DNA from: an uncultured Bacilli bacterium | Lineage (GTDB): Bacteria; Bacillota_I; Bacilli_A; RFN20; CAG-826 | NCBI GenBank assembly: GCA_944358985.1 | Contig: CALVSI010000001.1 | Coordinates: 80,156 to 144,155, forward strand | Direction: 5' to 3' | DNA: 64,000 nucleotides | Shown: positions 39,747 to 46,844 of the stretch, in pieces | Numbering within the stretch: the stretch's first letter is position 1 | Layout of the letters: every line of letters starts with the position of its first letter | The notes under the pieces: model-generated | Databases searched by the model: none | Told to the model about the DNA's origin: nothing | What the model saw: only the letters and a program-made list of their open reading frames with translations | Made by a program: the position numbers and the translations under genes

Positions 39747-41027
39747 ATGAAATTTTTTTTAAAAAATTTTTTACTAGAATTTATCAAACTGACAATTATT
39801 TCTGTTGTTATAAGTGTTGTTATTGCTTTATATAGATACACTAGTCATTATATTATTTCTTTAAGCCGATCATTATTTTTAAGTGATGACATCTATACGA
39901 AAACATTTGCTGTCATTTTGGCGGTGTTTTTAGTTTTTATTTCTTTTTTAATTATACGATTTGAAGGAACTGTTCAAAGTGGCGGATTATCCCAATTAAA
40001 ATTGATGCTTACTAACAAAAATATCAAATTTAGATATTATTTTGCTATACCATTAATGTTTATAAACTCGCTGATATCTTTTTTTATTGGTGCCCCTGTT
40101 GGAAGTGAAGCTCCATCAGTTTTTATGGGTGGAAGTATTTCATATGGTGTTGATGAAATTTTTTATAATAAAAAAAGTAAAAACGATGATGATTATTTAG
40201 GAATGGCACTAGGTTTTTCAATGGCTTTTAACGCTCCATTTGCGGGCCTTTTATATGGATTAGAAGAATGTCTTCACAATATTAAAATTAAAAATATAAT
40301 GAAGATGATTTATTTATTGAGTATTAGTTACTTAATAAGTATGGTTATATGTCCTGATCCTGTTTTTTCTTTTGAAATTGCTTTTGAATTTGATTTTAGC
40401 AAAATTTATATTTTTATTTTCCTTATAATTTTAAATTTTTTAATTTCTGCTTTGATATTATTTTTAGTTCCGACCATCAAAAAGATTTTGAATAAACATT
40501 ATTTAAATAAGTTTGTTCAATATCGTTTCTTCTTATTGGCTGGGATTTCAATAATTTTATCATTATTTTTTCCTATCCTTGCAGGAAATGGCACTCAATT
40601 AATTAATTATGTTTTTGCAAATCCTATGATTTCATTAATTATAATATTTTTAATAATCAGAGTTATTTTATTTATAATAAGTGCTAATTCGATGATGACT
40701 GGCGGATTAGTTTTACCAGCATTAGCCATCGGAGCGTTAAATGGTTATTTAGGATATTATATAGCTAATATTTGTTTTGATTTGAATTCTACTTATATAA
40801 CATTATTTGTTCTTATTGGAATGGTAAGTATGTTTTCTTGTCTAAATGAAGCTCCTTTAACTGGTATTATTTTAGCGTTGTCTTTTTCTAATTTTTCAAA
40901 TTGGACTACTGTTTTAGTAGTTTCTTCGTTTGTAATTTTTGTTTGTTTTATATTTATTAAATTATGTCGATTAGATGATATTACTGATTCTCGATTTAAA
41001 TTATTAAAAACATCAAGAAAAGAATAG
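39747..41027 (+). CDS. ClC-family anion channel/transporter
   Basis: GSEAP (GxEGP-like), AFNAP.AG....LEE, GG...P.L..G, AP.T.I motifs; many TMs. Confidence 0.85.
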   Translation: MKFFLKNFLLEFIKLTIISVVISVVIALYRYTSHYIISLSRSLFLSDDIYTKTFAVILAVFLVFISFLIIRFEGTVQSGGLSQLKLMLTNKNIKFRYYFAIPLMFINSLISFFIGAPVGSEAPSVFMGGSISYGVDEIFYNKKSKNDDDYLGMALGFSMAFNAPFAGLLYGLEECLHNIKIKNIMKMIYLLSISYLISMVICPDPVFSFEIAFEFDFSKIYIFIFLIILNFLISALILFLVPTIKKILNKHYLNKFVQYRFFLLAGISIILSLFFPILAGNGTQLINYVFANPMISLIIIFLIIRVILFIISANSMMTGGLVLPALAIGALNGYLGYYIANICFDLNSTYITLFVLIGMVSMFSCLNEAPLTGIILALSFSNFSNWTTVLVVSSFVIFVCFIFIKLCRLDDITDSRFKLLKTSRKE

Positions 41028-41723
41028 CTATATGCTTAGTATATTACATATTTCTCTTTTTTGTTCTTTTGTCAAAAGATAAGAATCAAGGCATTTTCTT
41101 TTAACCATCTTTTTTATATCATCATCGCATATTTTGTTTGATTTAAAATAATTGTAAGTGACAACATATCTTTTAGAAAACGCGGTAACAATAAACCAGC
41201 TTATTGACATTTTTAAATAATATTCAGTTGTTTTAATAGAATTAATCTTTCTTAAATATTTATCTAAATCATCTGTGTTAATATAATAAACCATCACCAT
41301 ATTAATCATAAATCTTACGATATATGGATTTTTATTATTTAAATTTTCATCAATATAATGAGAAAAATCATCTAGATGATTTTCGATAATATTATTTTTA
41401 AATCCATCAGTTAAAGCCCAATTATTTAAATATGGTAATAAATCTTTTAGATATTTAAGCAACAAATTATAATCGTTAAAATTTTCTAATATCATCCTAT
41501 GTAGAAAAAATTCTTCTAAATATTTGTGATATGGACTATTTATAAAATTTGAAAAAAGATTATTTTTGTATAAATATTTAGCAAATTGCCGTAATTTAGG
41601 TATTCTTACTCCTAATATTTCATATGCGCAATTAGGAATCAATTTTGTTATAAAAGTACGATATTTTGGATCTTTATTTTTATTTAAGAATAATTCAATA
41701 TCACAAATTTTGTTCATATTCAA
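41028..41723 (-). CDS. DNA alkylation repair protein (AlkD-like)
   Basis: LGVRIP.LR..AK, NWA..D, YY..M...W motifs. Confidence 0.85.
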   Translation of the reverse strand: MNMNKICDIELFLNKNKDPKYRTFITKLIPNCAYEILGVRIPKLRQFAKYLYKNNLFSNFINSPYHKYLEEFFLHRMILENFNDYNLLLKYLKDLLPYLNNWALTDGFKNNIIENHLDDFSHYIDENLNNKNPYIVRFMINMVMVYYINTDDLDKYLRKINSIKTTEYYLKMSISWFIVTAFSKRYVVTYNYFKSNKICDDDIKKMVKRKCLDSYLLTKEQKREICNILSI

Positions 41724-42129
41724 TTAAAGGTCTTAAAAGCGAAGCGTCATCATATTGGACAACCATTTTGCCATGCTGCTCGATATTAACCCACAAGCTT
41801 CCGCCTCCAGCTACTAATGCATAAAGCCATAAAACTATATTCCAATTATTTTCATCTGCATATGTATATGCCATATTTTCATTTTCAAAAAAATAAAAAT
41901 AAGCACTAGTGTCTTCGTTGTTACTAATAATTAAATATTCATCGTATTCATATGATTCATCACCTGAATAATCAAAATAATGCATTTCATATTTATCATT
42001 GTATAATTGATAAATTGATATAACTTCTTGGCAAGAATATTCTTTTTTTAAAGTATTGCTAACATTACAAGACGTAAGAGTTAAAGTAAATGGAAGCGTT
42101 AATGATATAATTTTGTTTAGAGTTTTCAT
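41701..42129 (-). CDS. Hypothetical lipoprotein
   Basis: Signal peptide with lipobox LTSC. Confidence 0.7.
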   Translation of the reverse strand: MKTLNKIISLTLPFTLTLTSCNVSNTLKKEYSCQEVISIYQLYNDKYEMHYFDYSGDESYEYDEYLIISNNEDTSAYFYFFENENMAYTYADENNWNIVLWLYALVAGGGSLWVNIEQHGKMVVQYDDASLLRPLIEYEQNL

Positions 42130-42218
42130 AAAGTTGCTCTATCTCCACATTGATTAGATTAAATGATTTATGCAATTGAAGCAATAATTTTTATGCAATT
42201 TCTTAATGATAAAATAAT

Positions 42219-42239
42219 AAAAAAACCGATTTTCATCGG
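42219..42239 (-). terminator. Intrinsic terminator just outside the island's left end (possibly the displaced original tRNA terminator)
   Basis: CCGAT-gaaa-ATCGG followed by T7. Confidence 0.7.
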
Positions 42240-42290
42240 AATAATTTTTAAATGTACCGGTGGAACGAATTGAACACTCATTGGCTTGTT

Positions 42291-42327
42291 TGCGACTGAG
42301 TGAATACATTACCTGCGACTGAGTGAA
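42291..42327. repeat. Perfect 14-bp direct repeat TGCGACTGAGTGAA, two copies (42291-42304, 42314-42327)
   Basis: Read directly; period 23 bp, at the island's left end. Confidence 0.9.
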
Positions 42328-42544
42328 CATACACTTTTTACCGGTTTTATGCAGGTTTCATACAGATTTTAACAAAAATACGCAACTTTTTACAGTATTT
42401 GCTGAAAATTAACCGATTTATAGAAAACTCTCCATTTTCCAAAAAGCATCTTGTATACTATTTTCACCGGGCATAAGAACTAATGGTTAACTTATTAGTT
42501 CAATATAGGTAGCACGAGAGTTACCAATAATAGTTTTAACACTT

Positions 42545-42883
42545 ATGTCCGATTGCGATCTTCCAGTCACTGTTTCTGAAGTGAGACATGAATTTAAAAC
42601 CTTCTTTGATAGAGTTAGGTTGCTTTACAACTTAGCATTCTTCAGAGAAGAAAAAGGCTACAGAGCGGAAGCTGTGAAAAAGTACGCTGATGAATTGCTT
42701 GAGGCTAACCGCATCAGTGAGTATGTCCACTCCATCATTGGAGAAGCGATCCAAAAATTCACACTATTCTCTCCGGTCAAATTAAAAGAGATGAATCCTA
42801 CTAAGCTCGAACAATTGAGCAAACGGATTAACATCTCTATCTATGACATTAACGGTGAAATTACTGATTTAATGTCGAAGTAA
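42545..42883 (+). CDS. Hypothetical helical protein (112 aa)
   Basis: ORF followed by a terminator; no clear SD and no motif recognised. Confidence 0.6.
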   Translation: MSDCDLPVTVSEVRHEFKTFFDRVRLLYNLAFFREEKGYRAEAVKKYADELLEANRISEYVHSIIGEAIQKFTLFSPVKLKEMNPTKLEQLSKRINISIYDINGEITDLMSK

Positions 42884-42886
42884 CTA

Positions 42887-42910
42887 ACTCCTAAAAAGGG
42901 AGCTTTTTTT
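42887..42910 (+). terminator. Intrinsic terminator between convergent island genes
   Basis: CTCCT-aaaaa-GGGAG followed by T7. Confidence 0.55.
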
Positions 42911-42914
42911 GAAT

Positions 42915-43106
42915 TTAAGCCTGAATTAGCTTTTTGTCTTCTTCAAGCAACTCACAGAAGATCTCTTCGGTCTTATCCATGAATTCTTCATGACTCAAAA
43001 ATGGGCCATAAATTGAAGAAACCATATGCATGGCTTTAATGTTAAGGCGAATCAAGCGATCTAACTCATCATCAGGTTCGCCTGTGATTAATTGGTTTTT
43101 ATCCAT
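42915..43106 (-). CDS. Small acidic hypothetical protein (63 aa)
   Basis: SD AAAGGA upstream; follows the 59-aa membrane protein gene. Confidence 0.6.
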   Translation of the reverse strand: MDKNQLITGEPDDELDRLIRLNIKAMHMVSSIYGPFLSHEEFMDKTEEIFCELLEEDKKLIQA

Positions 43107-43133
43107 ATTAAAAGTCCTTTCTATTTTTGACTC

Positions 43134-43313
43134 TTAATATTCTTTTTTTGGTAAACAAGCAACAATAAGTAACCCTATCAATCCAAGGAACAAGCCTCCA
43201 AAAATCCATCCAACAACGCTCCTGTTTTTATATCCGGCGATGATTGGACATGCAATAACACTAATAACCGTATTGATGATACCTAAAACTGTAAAGATTG
43301 GTGATATTTCCAT
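43134..43313 (-). CDS. 59-aa two-helix membrane protein missing from the ORF track (MEISPIFTVLGIINTVISVIACPIIAGYKNRSVVGWIFGGLFLGLIGLLIVACLPKKEY)
   Basis: Strong SD GAGGAGG, hand translation; A..K.RS..GW...G..LG.IGL.IV..LP pattern. Confidence 0.8.
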   Translation of the reverse strand: MEISPIFTVLGIINTVISVIACPIIAGYKNRSVVGWIFGGLFLGLIGLLIVACLPKKEY

Positions 43314-43367
43314 TTTTATGCCTCCTCACAATAAACAATAAAGCACTTTTTTGGAAAAATGTTTTTT

Positions 43368-43386
43368 TGTCCCAACATTGGGTACA
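43368..43386. promoter_or_regulatory. Operator-like quasi-palindrome TGTCCCAACATTGGGTACA
   Basis: Related motifs at 53570-53588 and 55018-55037. Confidence 0.45.
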
Positions 43387-43391
43387 TTTAT

Positions 43392-43931
43392 TTAATCACC
43401 ATTAATAAAAATATAATCTTCGGCCACAACTTCTTCTTTTGAAATCGATGAATTAAAATATGATTCTTGTTTTAAATATCTATCTGTTATGAAATGAAGA
43501 ACTTTATTCTTAGAGCCTAACAGAAGTCTTTCTTTATCTAGTTGGCTCTCTATAAAAGGCCCATCTATTAAAAGATCTACAGAATTAACTAAATCTTTGT
43601 CCAACGCATCAATAGTTTTGCCAGAAAATAATATAATACCGAGGCCAGCTTCATGGATCCTTTTATTTAAAGATTTTAAACCAGATTGCAATGATGGTTC
43701 TCCTCCTGTGAGAGTTACTCCTTCAATCCCATATTTCTTTTTTGCCTCATAAATAATATCTAAAAGTTGTTCTTCTGTAAGAAGATGTTTAGGAACAAGA
43801 GGCTGCAAAGAAGGGTTTCCGCAACCTTTGCAGTTTAAATTACAACCCTGAAACCAAATGCAGCATCGGTCAAAAGGGCCTTCAATTTTAGTAAGCAATT
43901 TAATATAAGCAACGTTGAATTTATTCATCAA
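43392..43931 (-). CDS. Radical SAM 4Fe-4S protein, NrdG-like activase family, with no partner glycyl-radical enzyme nearby
   Basis: WFQGCNLNCKGC.NP (CxxxCxxC), GVTLTGGEP, DLLIDGPF, GS.N. Confidence 0.88.
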   Translation of the reverse strand: MMNKFNVAYIKLLTKIEGPFDRCCIWFQGCNLNCKGCGNPSLQPLVPKHLLTEEQLLDIIYEAKKKYGIEGVTLTGGEPSLQSGLKSLNKRIHEAGLGIILFSGKTIDALDKDLVNSVDLLIDGPFIESQLDKERLLLGSKNKVLHFITDRYLKQESYFNSSISKEEVVAEDYIFINGD

Positions 43932-45747
43932 ACGAAAATTCGAATCCGTTCTTTCCTAATTTAGTAACAAGCTTACTTCCTTTCAAAGAACGAAGGTCAT
44001 CCTTGTTTTCAAACAAGAACATTGCTAAAGGATCTAATAGTCTGTCATTAATAGCGTTAAGAATATCTCTTCCGCCTTTTGATGAATCAACAGATTTTAA
44101 GATATATTCGATTGCTTCCATTTCTTTTTCAAACTCTAATTCAAGCTTATATTTTTCTTCAATTCCTCTAATAACTGGTTTGAGCTTATTCTTACAAATT
44201 TTATATTGGAATTCTCTATCTTGAATGAAATTAAATGGAACAATATTGTTGTAACCAATTCTACCTAACAATTCAGGTCTCTTGAGTTCGTTATCGAAAT
44301 AATCTTTAACGATTTTAATAAATTCTTTGGCCACAGCTTCTTTGTCACTACTCATCGCAACTTGCTTTGCTCCAAGGTTGGAAGTAAATACAATTATTGT
44401 ATCGCTGAAATATACTGTTTCACCTTTAGAATCTGTCAATCTTCCATCTTCCAAAATTTGTAAGAAAATATCGAGAATTCTTGGGTTTGGTTTTGCAGCT
44501 TTTTCGATTTCATCAAAAAGAACAACGCTGAAAGGATGTTCTTTAATAGCGTTTGTTAATTGGCCGCCTTCTTCATATCCAACATATCCAGGAGCAGCAC
44601 CAATTAGTTTTTGATCACTATTCTCTTGAGCATATTCAGACATATCAAATCTTATGCAAGCTTGTTCATCTCCAAATAAGAATTTAGCTAATGCTTTTGA
44701 TAATTCGGTCTTGCCTACACCAGTTGGGCCAACAAAGAAGAACACACCTTTAGGCATAGATCTTGAAGAAGTTTTGTGCAAACCAGTTAAACCCATGTAA
44801 GCTTTAACCACTGTTTTTTCAATTTTTGCAATAGCTTCTTCTTGTCCAATAACTCTTTCAGAAAGTTCCCTCTTGATGTTTTTAACCCTGCTTTGTTCCA
44901 ATTTTTCCCATGGATTTTCTTTTTCTCCATACTTGAATAAATAGAACAATTTATCAAAAGTCATCTTATCTTCTTTTCTAGACATCCTAGAAAGTTGAAT
45001 GATTTCACGATTTGTAAAATCTTCAAGCATATCAATGCATTCAATATTTTCAGGATCTAATAATGAAGTTGTTCCTGTTTTGAGCTTTACCTCAAAGGAA
45101 TCTTCAATCTTTTGTATTATTTGCTTTCTTTCTTCTCTATCTGGTTTTTGTAAAGTAACTATTTCGACTTCTGGATTTCCTTGATAGAAAGAAAGTGGCA
45201 TGCCAGAGGCTTTATTTAGAATGATAATCACTACGCTTTCATTGCAATCTGAATTTAAGTAGTCAACCTTTCTATCTTTTAAAGCCTTCCCTAATAAGGT
45301 AATATTTTGCCTTTCATCATCTGATAATCCGTTTGCGCTGAATAAATATTCAGACCAGTTGATAATGAATGCGACTTTTCTCTTTTTATCAATTACGTTC
45401 TTGTAAACAATATTTAGTATTTCAGCAGGGCTTTTAAATAATCCTTGTTGAGTTTTTGGATTGATATCTTTTTCTTCTTCGTCATCTAAATCGTAAGAAT
45501 CACCTTCGACTTTTACTTCATCGGTTAAAGTTAATTTATCAACGGCGCCAGTTGCTCCTTCAACTCTATCCCAGTAAACAATGTCTTGATAATCCATGTC
45601 CTTAAACATAGCTTCAAGAAATTCTCTTAAAGTAACGATTTTATTCTTTTCATCAAGATAAACATCACCGACGTTGCCATCGATCATTACGCATTTCTTA
45701 ATACCTGCGCTTCTTTTGATTTTGTTGAAAGTGTTTTGTAAAGACAT
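43921..45747 (-). CDS. Clp/Hsp100-like AAA+ ATPase with an intact NBD2 and a degenerate N-terminal NBD
   Basis: RVIGQ..A, GPTGVGKTEL, RFDMSEY, GAAPGYVGY..GG.LT, LFDEIEKA, GRLTD; N-half has GNVGD instead of Walker A. Confidence 0.9.
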   Translation of the reverse strand: MSLQNTFNKIKRSAGIKKCVMIDGNVGDVYLDEKNKIVTLREFLEAMFKDMDYQDIVYWDRVEGATGAVDKLTLTDEVKVEGDSYDLDDEEEKDINPKTQQGLFKSPAEILNIVYKNVIDKKRKVAFIINWSEYLFSANGLSDDERQNITLLGKALKDRKVDYLNSDCNESVVIIILNKASGMPLSFYQGNPEVEIVTLQKPDREERKQIIQKIEDSFEVKLKTGTTSLLDPENIECIDMLEDFTNREIIQLSRMSRKEDKMTFDKLFYLFKYGEKENPWEKLEQSRVKNIKRELSERVIGQEEAIAKIEKTVVKAYMGLTGLHKTSSRSMPKGVFFFVGPTGVGKTELSKALAKFLFGDEQACIRFDMSEYAQENSDQKLIGAAPGYVGYEEGGQLTNAIKEHPFSVVLFDEIEKAAKPNPRILDIFLQILEDGRLTDSKGETVYFSDTIIVFTSNLGAKQVAMSSDKEAVAKEFIKIVKDYFDNELKRPELLGRIGYNNIVPFNFIQDREFQYKICKNKLKPVIRGIEEKYKLELEFEKEMEAIEYILKSVDSSKGGRDILNAINDRLLDPLAMFLFENKDDLRSLKGSKLVTKLGKNGFEFSFDE

Positions 45748-45758
45748 AGTATTTCCTC

Positions 45759-46844
45759 CTACTTTTTGTTCTTGTTCACATCAACATATTGATATTTTTG
45801 AGTTTGTATTTTATCTGGGTTCTCCCAATTAACTTCTTCATGAAGGATATTGATATCATAGATATTTTTTAGATCTTCAAGGAATGGTTCGATATCTTTT
45901 TTACATGCATGGCCTTCGTATTCATCAAAATGATACATGAATTTACCATTAAGCTGAATTTCAAATTCTGCCATTTGGCCTGTAGCTTTTAAAGCAACAA
46001 GCTTCACAACATTTCTCTCTTTGTCAATTTTCAAATTGTTCTTGGTATCAACAATAAAGCCTCTAGCCCTAATAGCTTTTATAATAACTTTAAGCGTTTC
46101 CTTTCTAATCTTTTCATCAGTTATCGACTCATTTGCAACTCTATTTGCTTCATCAATGGTTTTAACTTCGTTAAGAACTTCTTCGCTAACACCACTACTC
46201 TTAAGATTTTCTTTGATTTCGGCAATAGCGCTCTCTGTTTTCTTATTAAGCAATAAATCATATTCGCGTTGAGCCTTGGATAAAATCTCTTCAAAGCTCA
46301 ATTCGTTATTTTCTGAATTAATTAGTTCCCTATAAGCTAATTCTCTTAATGAAACATCTTCAATTTGGTTAATCTTGTTCAACAAATCTTGTGAATAATG
46401 TAAAACACCATTAGCCTTATCTAATAAAACGTTACCAGCATTTAGTATGCCTTCGTCAATCATTTGATCTATCACGGCAAGTTTTGAGCCGGTTAAATCA
46501 TTAACAATGCCAATTAGTTCAGATGATTGTCTTTCAAGTTCTTGTTTCGTCTTTAAAAAATCGTTATATCGAGAATCATGGTTGTTTGTAGAAAAAAACT
46601 TCTTAAGTTCCTGATACTTAACTAAAGTAGTCTTGAAATCATTAATTTTATTTTGGATAGTCTTCTTTGACTCTTGAAGATAACGCTCGTATTCGATTAC
46701 TTTTGCGCTTTCAAGCTTATTAGCAGTTTCGTGAATTCTTTCGATGGCTTTATCAATTCTGCACAAAGAATGAATAGCGGTATCGCATTCAGCCTGGATT
46801 CTAATCGTTAAGCCTTCATAATCAACTGTTACTTGTTGACTCAT
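45759..46844 (-). CDS. Coiled-coil protein with a C-terminal alpha/beta domain (DUF2997-like G.AC motif, tentative)
   Basis: Heptad-rich N-terminal two thirds; C-terminal AIRARGF.V...EFEIQLNG.....YEGHACKKDI..FLE.L; ATGA overlap with upstream gene. Confidence 0.75.
   Translation of the reverse strand: MSQQVTVDYEGLTIRIQAECDTAIHSLCRIDKAIERIHETANKLESAKVIEYERYLQESKKTIQNKINDFKTTLVKYQELKKFFSTNNHDSRYNDFLKTKQELERQSSELIGIVNDLTGSKLAVIDQMIDEGILNAGNVLLDKANGVLHYSQDLLNKINQIEDVSLRELAYRELINSENNELSFEEILSKAQREYDLLLNKKTESAIAEIKENLKSSGVSEEVLNEVKTIDEANRVANESITDEKIRKETLKVIIKAIRARGFIVDTKNNLKIDKERNVVKLVALKATGQMAEFEIQLNGKFMYHFDEYEGHACKKDIEPFLEDLKNIYDINILHEEVNWENPDKIQTQKYQYVDVNKNKK

Noticed and set aside
42291-42327. 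Direct repeats as a CRISPR array
   Set aside because: Only two 14-bp copies with a 9-bp gap, and no cas genes.
43392-43931. Naming the radical SAM gene nrdG
   Set aside because: No nrdD nearby, and the gene is embedded in an unrelated island operon; only family-level similarity is supported.
43921-45747. Naming the ATPase clpB or clpC
   Set aside because: It lacks the N-domain, an active NBD1, the M-domain and the ClpP-binding loop.
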